This document shows, one piece after another, positions 20,097 through 28,667 of a DNA stretch of 28,667 nucleotides. A program made the translations under genes and the position numbers. Location of the stretch: the sequence record SRR20825006_498. The stretch is one strand, 5' to 3'. The notes beneath the pieces are model-generated. The model saw only the letters and a list, made by a program, of their open reading frames with translations, ran no database searches and was not told the origin of the DNA. Every line of letters starts with the position of its first letter. Within the stretch, counting starts at the first letter, position 1.

Positions 20097-20136
20097 AAAC
20101 GCCGCGTCTATCTTTATAGGCGCGGCGTTTTTTATT
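20097..20136. terminator. Intrinsic terminator of pgi, probably bidirectional
   Basis: AAACGCCGCGTCTA-N6-TAGGCGCGGCGTTT followed by TTTATT. Confidence 0.85.
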
Positions 20137-20153
20137 GATCTCAAAAGGTATTT

Positions 20154-20408
20154 TTAATTGTTCTGCTGATTGGCCAGTTCATACTGATAAATCAGCTTCA
20201 GGGATTTGTCTGGCTGAACCTGAAATACATTCGCGTATTTTGTGCCGAATTTGCCCGTCGTATCGATTGTGACCTTGCTGCCGACAGGTGACTTCACAAG
20301 CTTGCCGGTCTTCGGAACGGCTGTTGGATCCTTGATATATGGCTCTGCGAAAGAGGGCATTGCAGCAACGGCAACCAGAATAGCGGTCGCAATTGTCAGT
20401 TTCTTCAT
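20154..20408 (-). CDS. Small secreted hypothetical protein, array copy D (84 aa, basic)
   Basis: Start ATG 20408 after GGAGAAG; signal peptide MKKLTIA...PSFA; homologous to its three neighbours (VPKTG...PVGS.V.I...FG...N...V..D.SL). Confidence 0.85.
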   Translation of the reverse strand: MKKLTIATAILVAVAAMPSFAEPYIKDPTAVPKTGKLVKSPVGSKVTIDTTGKFGTKYANVFQVQPDKSLKLIYQYELANQQNN

Positions 20409-20534
20409 TCTACTTCTCCAAGTTTTAAAGAACATACGACCTTTACGAAACATCAAGGATTCCAGTTTCAATTAAAACGTGGTTTTGCTGTGATCGCACC
20501 GCTCACTTTGTCTTGAAGTTCTTGTGAAGACAGA

Positions 20535-20771
20535 TCAGTTCTCGTTCGTGTTCACGGGATACTGAGCGACAAGCTTCAAAGTGCGATCCGGCTGAACGCG
20601 AAAGACATTTTGATATTCCCCACCGAACTTGCCGGTACCCTGAATGGTGACTGTACTGCCAATCGGCGCTTTACTGACCTTTCCGGTCTTTGGAACTGCC
20701 GAATAGTCAATCGCATAGGCTCCAGGTGCAACCAGCAAAGCCATAGCCATGAAGATAGCCAACAATCGCAT
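20535..20771 (-). CDS. Small secreted hypothetical protein, array copy C (78 aa, basic)
   Basis: AGGAG RBS 7 nt before ATG 20771; signal peptide ending AYA; shared family motif. Confidence 0.87.
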   Translation of the reverse strand: MRLLAIFMAMALLVAPGAYAIDYSAVPKTGKVSKAPIGSTVTIQGTGKFGGEYQNVFRVQPDRTLKLVAQYPVNTNEN

Positions 20772-20795
20772 CACGTTTCTCCTTTTTATGATCGC

Positions 20796-20827
20796 AAAAA
20801 AAGCGGGCGGCCCGAGCCACCCACTTT
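20796..20827 (-). terminator. Intrinsic terminator inside the array, between copies B and C
   Basis: Minus strand AAAGTGGGTGGC-TCGG-GCCGCCCGC-TTTTTTT. Confidence 0.8.
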
Positions 20828-20857
20828 ATAATCCGTATCCGATCAAAAGAAGGCCGA

Positions 20858-21091
20858 TCAGTTACCGACGCTGTCCTGGAAAACGAAATTCAGTGTTCCG
20901 TCTTCACCCACACGGTAGTAGTTCACGTGCTTCGTACCGAACTGGTCAGTGGATTCGATGGTAACGGGGGAACCGGCCGGTGCCTTGGTCAACGTGCCGG
21001 TCTGCGGAAGAGCGTTCGGCTGGACAGCAAAGGCTGCAGGCGCAACGGCGAGACCGGCGACGACGGCAGTGATTGCAAAAAGATTTTTCAT
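20858..21091 (-). CDS. Small secreted hypothetical protein, array copy B (77 aa, acidic)
   Basis: AAGGA RBS; signal peptide ending AFA; 61/77 residues identical to copy A by manual alignment. Confidence 0.9.
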   Translation of the reverse strand: MKNLFAITAVVAGLAVAPAAFAVQPNALPQTGTLTKAPAGSPVTIESTDQFGTKHVNYYRVGEDGTLNFVFQDSVGN

Positions 21092-21186
21092 GGTGTGTTT
21101 CCTTGATGCCAGCCGTTTTGATTTTTTAGGAGGCTGGCCTGGTTGTTTTTAATTTATTTGATCATGCTTCAGCAAAGATCGCCCGA

Positions 21187-21420
21187 TCAGTCGCCAGTGC
21201 CTTCCTGGAATACGAATTCCAGCGAACCATCTTCAGCAACGCGGTAGTAATTCATGTACTTCGTGCCAAACTGGTCGCGCGCTTCGATATTGACCATGGA
21301 TCCAGCCGGAGCCTTGGTCAGTGTGCCGGTGTCCGGCAGAGCGTTGGGCTGAACTGCGAAGGCTGCAGGGGCGGCAGCGAGACCGGCAGCAACAGCGGTG
21401 ATTGCAAAAAGATTTTTCAT
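21187..21420 (-). CDS. Small secreted hypothetical protein, array copy A (77 aa, acidic)
   Basis: AGGAG RBS 6 nt before ATG 21420; signal peptide ending AFA; first 23 nt identical to copy B. Confidence 0.9.
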   Translation of the reverse strand: MKNLFAITAVAAGLAAAPAAFAVQPNALPDTGTLTKAPAGSMVNIEARDQFGTKYMNYYRVAEDGSLEFVFQEGTGD

Positions 21421-21468
21421 CATTCTCTCCTGTGAACAGAAACTCTGTCTGTTGTTCGATGACCGGGA

Positions 21469-21496
21469 GATATGATTTGATCGAATGATTAACAAG
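21469..21496 (-). promoter_or_regulatory. Candidate promoter of the array with a dyad in the spacer
   Basis: Minus strand CTTGTT-N16-CATATC, resembling rhizobial sigma70/sigma32 promoters; imperfect palindrome TTAATCA-TT-CGATCAA (21477-21492). Confidence 0.45.
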
Positions 21497-21815
21497 TCTC
21501 AGAATGACGAATTTAGTGTTCGTTTTTCGTTGACAATAAACCTCTTGAAATCATAGCAACACTTCGTATGCAGATTGAAAATCATTATTTTTCAATAACT
21601 TCATGACCCTGTCCAATCGCCGGAAAGTCTCCCTAAACAAACCACTTTCCAGGGTATCACGTCGAAGTTATCGGCTTTTTTTTTACCTTCAACCTGCCTT
21701 GACGGTTCCAGGTCATCATGCAAAACCGACCTTCCAATACGTTACTGCGCATATTTGCAGATTATGGATTGTTGAACACTAGGCTCAATGTGTGATGCCG
21801 ACATACCGCACATAC

Positions 21816-21840
21816 AAAAAACCCGGCGCTTGGCGCCGGG
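21816..21840 (-). terminator. Intrinsic terminator of tal
   Basis: Minus strand CCCGGCGC-CAA-GCGCCGGG-TTTTTT. Confidence 0.85.
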
Positions 21841-21878
21841 CTTTGAGAAAAAGTGGTCCTGATACAAATTTCCAAGAA

Positions 21879-22835
21879 TCAGACGTCGAGTTTTTCTGCA
21901 ACGATGGTGCGCAGTTTGCCAAGATCCTTGGCAAAATTACGGATACCTTCGGCAAGCTTTTCCGTCGCCATGGCATCTTCGTTCATCATCCACCGGAAAG
22001 TTTGTTCGTCCATCTTGATCTTCGGTTCCGGCTCGAATGTTTCAGGCGAAAGCTTGCGCTCCAGCGGGCCTTCATCATTGGCCAGCTCTTCCAGCAGGTT
22101 CGGCGAAATAGTCAGGCGGTCACAACCGGCCAGACCTTCGATTTCACCTGTGTTGCGGAACGACGCGCCCATGACAACCGTATCAATGCCATTTGCCTTG
22201 TAATAATTGTAGATCGAACGAACGGAAACAACGCCCGGATCCGTTTCAGATGTGTATTCTTCGCCGGTGGCATTCTTGTACCAGTCAAGGATACGACCTA
22301 CGAACGGCGAGATCAGGAACGCGCCCGCATCGGCGCAGGCAATAGCCTGGCACTTGGAGAACAGAAGCGTCAGGTTGCAGTCAATGCCTTCCTTCTGCAG
22401 CACTTCACAGGCTCGGATACCTTCCCATGTGGAAGCGAGTTTGATGAGAATCCGTTCACGGCCGATGCCGCGCGCTTCATAAGCCTTGATGATTTCGTGC
22501 GCCTTGGCAATCGAGCCTTCCATGTTGAAGGAAAGATCGGCGTCGACCTCTGTGGAAACGCGTCCGGGAACAATATCGACAAGTGCCGCGCCAACATCAA
22601 TGGCCAGACGGCTGGCAACGGCATCGACAACGGCTTCTTTCGAACCGGACTGGGCTTTGCCCCATTTGATCGCTTCTTCGATCTTGTCATCAAACATGTC
22701 GGTCGACAGCGCTTTGAGAACAATCGATGGATTGGTCGTGCAATCGACGGGTTTCAGTTTTGTAACGGCTTTGATATCGCCGGTATCGGCCACAACCGTG
22801 GTCATTTCGCGCAATTGGTCAAGTTTGGAAGCCAT
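21879..22835 (-). CDS. tal: Transaldolase
   Basis: [25 protein letters not shown] (Schiff-base Lys), [15 protein letters not shown]; start ATG 22835 after AAGGA. Confidence 0.97.
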   Translation of the reverse strand: MASKLDQLREMTTVVADTGDIKAVTKLKPVDCTTNPSIVLKALSTDMFDDKIEEAIKWGKAQSGSKEAVVDAVASRLAIDVGAALVDIVPGRVSTEVDADLSFNMEGSIAKAHEIIKAYEARGIGRERILIKLASTWEGIRACEVLQKEGIDCNLTLLFSKCQAIACADAGAFLISPFVGRILDWYKNATGEEYTSETDPGVVSVRSIYNYYKANGIDTVVMGASFRNTGEIEGLAGCDRLTISPNLLEELANDEGPLERKLSPETFEPEPKIKMDEQTFRWMMNEDAMATEKLAEGIRNFAKDLGKLRTIVAEKLDV

Positions 22836-23173
22836 GATATTCATCCTTCGTAATCTGGGCCATTTCCGTTTCCTCCGCGAAGTGGAAAGAAAGGCCACAC
22901 TGCTTGAATAACGCCCGGCGGCAAAAGAGCCACCTCCCGCGCATTTGGAATTACCGATATCGCGCCGCGATGATATTTCAATGACTGTTCGCAAACATCG
23001 ACGCGGGAAGCAAGCCCGAAACCGATCGCTATCGTACGTACCGGCACGTCCGGACGCCTATTCGGGCTGTTTCACCTTATCAATCGATTTAGGTATTACC
23101 TTGATGGCGCTCAACCCGCAGTCAAAAAAAGTGATCGGTCACGCATCCGGCATCGGCATGACCGAAGCGCCGG

Positions 23174-24058
23174 TCAGCTTCGCCCGGCTTCCCAGCCCAG
23201 CATGGCGCGCTTGCGCGTCAGTCCCCAGTGATAGCCCGTCAGCGCGCCGGATTTGCCGAGCGCACGGTGGCACGGCACGACAAAGGAAAGCGGGTTCCGG
23301 CCAACGGCGGCCCCGACCGCGCGCGATGCCTTGGGCTTACCGATTGCAGCGGCGATATCGGAATAGGTTTTGGCCCGGCCCATGGGGATATTCAGAAGGC
23401 TCTCCCAAACCTGAACCTGAAAATCCGTTCCGATCAGAACCAGCTTAAGGGGTTGTTCAGCGCACCACAGATCCGGATTGAAAATACGGCTGGCATAGGC
23501 GGCGGTGGCGGCGGTGTCTTCCATATAGTCCGCTTCCGGCCATCGGGCAGTCATATCGTCAAAGGCAGCTCGCTCTTCGTTCGCATCGGCAAAGGCAAGG
23601 CCTGCAAGCCCGCGCTCCGTGATCATCACAAGCGCAACCCCAAATGGCGAAGGATGAAAGCCATAACGTATAGCCAGACCAGCACCACGGGCCTTCCATT
23701 CCCCCGGCGACATGGCCTCATGCGTCACGAACAGATCATGCAGCCTTCCCGGCCCGGAAAGCCCCAACTCATAAGAAGCTTCCAGTAACGGCAACTGTTC
23801 AGGCCCAAGAAGGCGCTTGGCATGATCGAGCGTCACAGCCTGCAGGAAAGCTTTTGGCGAAAGCCCGGCCCAGCGTGAAAAGGTTTTTTGCAAACTGGTC
23901 GGTGACATGTCCAACCGCGCGGCAATCGTCTCCAGCCCCGGTTGTTCGCGATAATCTTCGCTGATCATGGTGATTACCGCCCGAATGATCTCATAGTCTG
24001 CCCCGCAAGGGGTCATGTTAACGGCATTGGCGGCGATATCGTCAAAAATTACGGACAT
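23174..24058 (-). CDS. ada: Ada-like protein: AraC-type HTH plus O6-methylguanine-DNA methyltransferase
   Basis: N-terminal HTH (LQKTFSRWAGLSPK) and active site VPCHR. No N-terminal Zn domain. Start ATG 24058 after AAAGGAG. Confidence 0.85.
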   Translation of the reverse strand: MSVIFDDIAANAVNMTPCGADYEIIRAVITMISEDYREQPGLETIAARLDMSPTSLQKTFSRWAGLSPKAFLQAVTLDHAKRLLGPEQLPLLEASYELGLSGPGRLHDLFVTHEAMSPGEWKARGAGLAIRYGFHPSPFGVALVMITERGLAGLAFADANEERAAFDDMTARWPEADYMEDTAATAAYASRIFNPDLWCAEQPLKLVLIGTDFQVQVWESLLNIPMGRAKTYSDIAAAIGKPKASRAVGAAVGRNPLSFVVPCHRALGKSGALTGYHWGLTRKRAMLGWEAGRS

Positions 24059-24125
24059 GGCATTCGCGCTCCTTTGGAAGGTAACGAAACCATGCATCGC
24101 CCATCCGAACCACCCGTTTTATGCA

Positions 24126-24680
24126 TCATATACGCTGTTTTACACGTGCAAGCGCGGCGCGAAGCGCCTTTGCAAAGCTTTCGCGGTCGTCAGGGTTCAA
24201 AAAAGTGCCGATTTCTACCAGTTCACCGCCGCTTGCAAGGCGCATACCGGTAATACCTAATTCGGAATGCTCGTCGACAATAAAGCGCGTCCAGAACGGG
24301 TTAAACACCGCTTCACGGATGCGCCCGGAAGGAGAAACCTTTAACACACGGACCTGCATTCGCGATACCCAGACATGCTCACGCACTTGTGCTGACCGAT
24401 AAGACAGGCGAAAAGCGCCATAAAGACCGATAAAGGTGAGGCCGCAGAAAAGCGCAATCGGCCAGGCCCCTTTGGCCGCAAAATAGACGACATTGGGCAG
24501 AAAACCGAACGCCGCCAGCCCGAGCATCACACGAAAGCCCTTGCGCCCCAGCGAGCGATGGGGGAAAAGTTGTGCCGAAAACACCGGCCGATCTTCGGGC
24601 GTATTGCTACTTCCGGCAACCGGCTGCAAACCTTTTACCGCTCTGTCCGATCCTGATTGCAACACTTCTGTATCGGCCAT
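24126..24680 (-). CDS. DUF2244-family membrane protein
   Basis: FSAQLFPHRSLGRKGF, two TM helices, FNPFW, EIGTFL...R..FA. Confidence 0.82.
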   Translation of the reverse strand: MADTEVLQSGSDRAVKGLQPVAGSSNTPEDRPVFSAQLFPHRSLGRKGFRVMLGLAAFGFLPNVVYFAAKGAWPIALFCGLTFIGLYGAFRLSYRSAQVREHVWVSRMQVRVLKVSPSGRIREAVFNPFWTRFIVDEHSELGITGMRLASGGELVEIGTFLNPDDRESFAKALRAALARVKQRI

Positions 24681-24707
24681 TGTGCCCGTGCCATAGGTGA
24701 AAAGAAA

Positions 24708-25460
24708 ATGACAAAAGCCAGATCATCAGTGAGCACCCAAAGAGCAAAAAAGTCAAATATGGCCGCACCGCGCAAGCGCGTCACCGCCCGTTCCGCCTAT
24801 TCCAAAGACGAGATCCGGGAGATCTTTCGGCGCTTCTCGGTGCAAAGGCCGGAGCCGAAGGGCGAACTGGACCACACCAACGCCTTCACGCTTCTCGTTG
24901 CCGTGGTATTGTCGGCGCAGGCGACCGATGTAGGCGTCAACAGAGCGACAAAGGATTTGTTCGTTGTCGCAGATACTCCGCAGAAGATGTTTGATCTCGG
25001 TGAGGAGCGGCTGACCGGCTATATCAAAACGATCGGTCTTTATCGCAACAAGGCGAAGAATGTGATCGCGCTCAGCGAAAGGCTGATCAAGGATTTCGGC
25101 AGCGAAGTCCCCAGAACACGTGACGAACTGGTGAGCCTGCCCGGCGTTGGCCGCAAAACCGCCAACGTGGTGATGTCGATGGCCTTTGGCGAGGCGACGA
25201 TTGCCGTCGACACACATATTTTCCGCATTGCCAATCGCATCGGCCTTGCGCCCGGCAAAACGCCGGATGAGGTGGAGGCGAAACTCGAAAAGATCATCCC
25301 GCCGGATTATCTGTTTCACGCCCACCACTGGCTGATCCTGCATGGCCGCTACTGCTGCAAGGCCCGCAAACCGGATTGCCCGGCCTGCGTGATCGCCGAT
25401 ATCTGCAAAGCGGCAGAAAAAACCAGCGAAATGCCCGCTCCGCTGGTCCCGTTGACATAA
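24708..25460 (+). CDS. nth: Endonuclease III
   Basis: LSAQATD, HhH LPGVGRKTA, AVDTH, 4Fe-4S motif C-X6-C-X2-C-X5-C. Start 24708 (alternative 24759). Confidence 0.96.
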   Translation: MTKARSSVSTQRAKKSNMAAPRKRVTARSAYSKDEIREIFRRFSVQRPEPKGELDHTNAFTLLVAVVLSAQATDVGVNRATKDLFVVADTPQKMFDLGEERLTGYIKTIGLYRNKAKNVIALSERLIKDFGSEVPRTRDELVSLPGVGRKTANVVMSMAFGEATIAVDTHIFRIANRIGLAPGKTPDEVEAKLEKIIPPDYLFHAHHWLILHGRYCCKARKPDCPACVIADICKAAEKTSEMPAPLVPLT

Positions 25461-25472
25461 AGCCCCCGCCGA

Positions 25473-26330
25473 TCAGATGGCGTTGGCGCGTCGATCCGCG
25501 ATATAAAGATCGCGCAGCCTGAGGCTGAGTGCTCCCGGCTTGCCATCACCGATGGGGTGACCGTCAATCACGGTGACCGGCGTCACGAAATTGCTGGCGG
25601 AAGTATAAAACGCTTCCTTCGCCGCCTTGACCTCATCGACCGAAAATGCGCGTTCCTCAACCTTGATGCCGTTTTTTGCCGCGATTTCAAGCGCCGAAGC
25701 GCGTGTAATTCCCGGCAGGATTTCATGGCTGAGCGGGCGTGTAACGACAACATCATCCTGTGTCACGATATAGGCCGTTGCCGAAGACTGTTCGGTTACA
25801 AGTCCGTCACGCACCAGCCAGGCATCATCGGCTCCTTTTTCATGGGCTTCCATCTTGGCAAGGCTTGGATAGAGAAGCTGCGTCGTCTTGATATCGCACC
25901 GGCCCCAGCGCAAATCCTCGACACTGGCAACGGTGATGCCGTTCTTGCCGGTCTTGGTGTCGATCACGTTTTTCTTCTGGGTGAACATGAAAAAGGTCGG
26001 CGTCATGTCATCGGTAAACATGAAATCGCGGTCGCCGGGGTTTCCGCGTGAGACCTGAAGATAGATCAACCCTTCCGTCATCTCATTGCGCCTGGCGATT
26101 TCACGGTGAAGCGACAGCAGTTCTCCGTCATCCACCGGCATGTTGATGCCAATCGCACCGGTCGAGCGTTTCAGACGCGCCGAGTGCCCTTCATAGTCTA
26201 AAAACTTGCCATCCAGAACACAGGTCACTTCATAGATCGCGTCAGAAAAGAGATAGCCTCTGTCAAATACGGAAACCTTTGCTTCCGCTTCCGGCAACCA
26301 TTCCCCGTTCAGGTAGACGATACGGCTCAT
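25473..26330 (-). CDS. dat: D-amino acid aminotransferase (class IV PLP)
   Basis: SVFDRGYLFSDAIYEV, RWGRCDIKT, ILPGITR; start ATG 26330 after GGAG. Confidence 0.9.
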   Translation of the reverse strand: MSRIVYLNGEWLPEAEAKVSVFDRGYLFSDAIYEVTCVLDGKFLDYEGHSARLKRSTGAIGINMPVDDGELLSLHREIARRNEMTEGLIYLQVSRGNPGDRDFMFTDDMTPTFFMFTQKKNVIDTKTGKNGITVASVEDLRWGRCDIKTTQLLYPSLAKMEAHEKGADDAWLVRDGLVTEQSSATAYIVTQDDVVVTRPLSHEILPGITRASALEIAAKNGIKVEERAFSVDEVKAAKEAFYTSASNFVTPVTVIDGHPIGDGKPGALSLRLRDLYIADRRANAI

Positions 26331-26465
26331 CGGCCTATTCTCCAGTCTTGTCATTGACGTTTTTCACCTTATCTTTGGTGATAACCTGATAAAGACTTCG
26401 ACACAATAGTCTTTTTATCGTCAATAATTGCGCATAATCGGCATATTTCCGCAGAAAATAATGAG

Positions 26466-27167
26466 TCAAGCCTGACGGATCGGCAAACGCTTGAAGATAT
26501 GGATCATGAAGGCGGTCGCGAACAGAGGTGTTGCCAGATTAACAATGGGGATCGCGACGAATGCGGCAATCACCAGACCGCCCAGAAAGATCCGAAAACC
26601 GTGCCGCCGCCGCAACGCTCTTGCAGATTCCGGCGACATGAACCGCATGGCTGCGAACTCAAAGAACTCGCGCCCCAGAAGGTACCCGTTCACAAGCAGA
26701 AATGCGACGAGATTAACGCCGGGGATCAACAACAGGAGCAATGCCAGAATGTTGCCCGCGATGACCACGCCGAAGAACTTCAGCGCCAGAAACAGCGACT
26801 GCATGACCGGCATGGCCTCACCTGGCGGATCATGCGGGTAATCGTTGCGCTCGACGTGCTCGGCCGCCTCATCCAGAAAGATACCGGCAACAAAAGCCGA
26901 AACAGGCGCCATCAACAACGCCAGCCCCAGCGCCAGACCGACAGCCGCAAAGATCAGCAAGACGAATGTAATCCAGCCAGTCTATTCCGGCATTGTCGGG
27001 AAAAGATGCGCCAGCCACGGCACTGCCAGCCAGACGAACAGCGTGCGGATAAAAAACCACAATGCAACAAGACAGAGCAGCGAAAGCCCCAGCACCTTCC
27101 ACAAGATACCACGCATTTTCGGGTCAATCAGGTCTTTAAGCGCTTCGCGGGCGGCGACAATCAGCAT
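26466..27167 (-). pseudogene. CysZ/EI24-family membrane protein interrupted by an in-frame TAG at codon 62
   Basis: Track ORFs 26982..27167 and 26466..26960 are in the same frame and join as ...FPTMPE*TGWITFVLLIF...; family motifs FLDEAAEHVE, NGYLLGREFFEFAAMR, IPIVNLATPLFA. Confidence 0.8.
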
Positions 27168-27296
27168 GAAAGGCTCCGGTTTATCCGTATCAATCGCGGA
27201 TTTTCTGTTTTACGTGATGTAGGAGCACGAGCCGGGCCGCACAAGCATCGATCCGGATCACCGGGATAGGAATGATCGACAGCCATGTTGAACCGC

Positions 27297-27331
27297 AAAA
27301 GACAAAGCCCCCGCCGTGTAGGCGGAGGCTT
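27297..27331 (-). terminator. Terminator of glcB
   Basis: Minus strand AAGCCTCCGCC-TACAC-GGCGGGGGCTT-TGTCTTTT. Confidence 0.75.
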
Positions 27332-27359
27332 GAGAAATCTTTTATAGTCACACCAGACT

Positions 27360-28667
27360 TCAGGCAGCGTCTTTCGCCTTTCGCTCCAGACGGCGGGCAT
27401 GAAGAACAGGCTCGGTGTAACCGCTTGGCTGCTCACGGCCTTTCAGCACCAGATCCAGCGCCGCCTGAAACGCGACAGAATCATCGAAGTGTCCGGCCAT
27501 CGGGCGATAGCTCGGGTCGCCTTCATTCTGGCGATCAACGACGGCAGCCATCTTCTTCATCGTTTCAATAATCTGCTCTTCGGAAACAATGCCATGATAA
27601 AGCCAGTTGGCCATGTGCTGCGAGGAAATACGAAGCGTGGCGCGGTCTTCCATCAGACCGATATCATTGATATCCGGCACCTTGGAGCAGCCAACGCCGT
27701 GATCGATCCAGCGAACCACATAACCAAGAATGCCCTGCGCATTGTTATCAAGCTCGGACTGGATGTCTTCCGGGCTCCAGTTCGGGCGAACGGCAACCGG
27801 AACCGACAGAATATCCGTCAGACTGGCACGTTCACGGTTGACGAGGTTCTTCTGCACCGCCCGCACATCCACAGTGTGATAATGCGTGGCATGCAGCGTA
27901 GCCGCGGTCGGTGACGGCACCCATGCTGTATTGGCACCGGCTTTGGGATGTCCGATCTTGGCCTCCAGCATACCGGCCATAAGATCCGGCATGGCCCACA
28001 TGCCCTTACCAATCTGCGCATGACCGGCCAGACCGCATTCAAGGCCAATATCGACATTCCAGTTTTCATAAGCCGAGATCCAGGCGGCGGACTTCATGTC
28101 CCCCTTTCGGATCATCGGTCCCGCTTCCATCGAGGTGTGGATCTCATCGCCGGTGCGATCCAGGAAGCCTGTATTGATGAAGACAACGCGGTCCTTTGCG
28201 GCGCGGATGCACTCCTTCAGGTTCACTGTGGTGCGTCGTTCCTCGTCCATGATGCCCATTTTCATGGTGTTGGGCTTCATGCCGGTGTTTTTTTCAACGC
28301 GGGCGAACAGTTCGCTGGCAAAGGCCACTTCTTCCGGACCGTGCATCTTCGGCTTGACGACATACATAGACCCGGCGCGCGAATTCATGTGGCAACCACC
28401 CTCACCGATATCGTATAGCGCGATCAGCGCCGTGATTGCGGCGTCCATGATGCCTTCCGGCACTTCGCGACCGTCCTTGTCGAGGATCGCGGGGTTGGTC
28501 ATCAGATGGCCGACATTCCTCACCAGCATCAATGAACGACCGGGAATGCTGGCAGCCGAACCATCCGGCGCAGTGAATGCGACATCGCTGTTCAGCTTGC
28601 GGGTAAATGTCTTGTCGCCCTTGGAAACCTCTTCCGTCAGATCGCCCTTCATCAGGCCCAGCCAGTT
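27360..28667 (-). CDS. glcB: Malate synthase G, C-terminal part (5' end outside the window)
   Basis: NWLGLMKG at the window edge, [54 protein letters not shown]. Confidence 0.97.
   Translation of the reverse strand, partial: NWLGLMKGDLTEEVSKGDKTFTRKLNSDVAFTAPDGSAASIPGRSLMLVRNVGHLMTNPAILDKDGREVPEGIMDAAITALIALYDIGEGGCHMNSRAGSMYVVKPKMHGPEEVAFASELFARVEKNTGMKPNTMKMGIMDEERRTTVNLKECIRAAKDRVVFINTGFLDRTGDEIHTSMEAGPMIRKGDMKSAAWISAYENWNVDIGLECGLAGHAQIGKGMWAMPDLMAGMLEAKIGHPKAGANTAWVPSPTAATLHATHYHTVDVRAVQKNLVNRERASLTDILSVPVAVRPNWSPEDIQSELDNNAQGILGYVVRWIDHGVGCSKVPDINDIGLMEDRATLRISSQHMANWLYHGIVSEEQIIETMKKMAAVVDRQNEGDPSYRPMAGHFDDSVAFQAALDLVLKGREQPSGYTEPVLHARRLERKAKDAA

Noticed and set aside
18584-20098. 504-aa ORF antisense to pgi, and similar ORFs at 21792-22853, 6345-7328, 15960-16889 and 26499-27269
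   Set aside because: Each largely or wholly overlaps a well-supported gene on the other strand, as is typical of GC-rich genomes.
20154-21420. LPxTG-like motifs (LPDTG, LPQTG, VPKTG) as sortase signals
   Set aside because: They lie just after the signal peptide rather than before a C-terminal TM helix and basic tail; the host is Gram-negative and no sortase is in the window.
20154-21420. Array as RiPP/microcin precursors, Flp pilins or curlin
   Set aside because: No double-glycine or prepilin leader, no curlin repeat pattern, and no modifying enzymes or exporter in the window.
1-28667. CRISPR arrays, IS elements, integrases, tRNA or rRNA genes
   Set aside because: No regularly spaced repeats, transposase or integrase motifs, or RNA-gene signatures were seen by eye.

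Overview
Mostly core chromosomal region of a Rhizobiales-type alphaproteobacterium, inferred from the Omp2/RopA-type porin, the cyoABCD-surf1 layout and the nth/DUF2244/ada arrangement. In order: 3' end of fabI; porin; MerR regulator plus CMD-family gene; a nine-gene divergent cluster for guanidino/arginine-type catabolism (amidinotransferase/DDAH-family hydrolase, TetR, AruH-like aminotransferase, AruI-like ThDP decarboxylase, then polar amino acid ABC transporter and M20 amidohydrolase); surf1 and cyoABCD; DUF805-like membrane protein; pgi; four tandem paralogous genes for tiny secreted proteins of unknown function; tal; ada/ogt; DUF2244; nth; D-amino acid aminotransferase; a cysZ/EI24-like gene interrupted by an in-frame TAG; 3' part of glcB. 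The best candidate for an undescribed system is the four-gene array (20154-21420): an acidic pair and a basic pair separated by an internal terminator, which suggests major and minor subunits. Second is the aruHI cluster, which lacks the canonical downstream enzymes but carries two different hydrolases. All calls come from reading motifs by eye; no searches were run.
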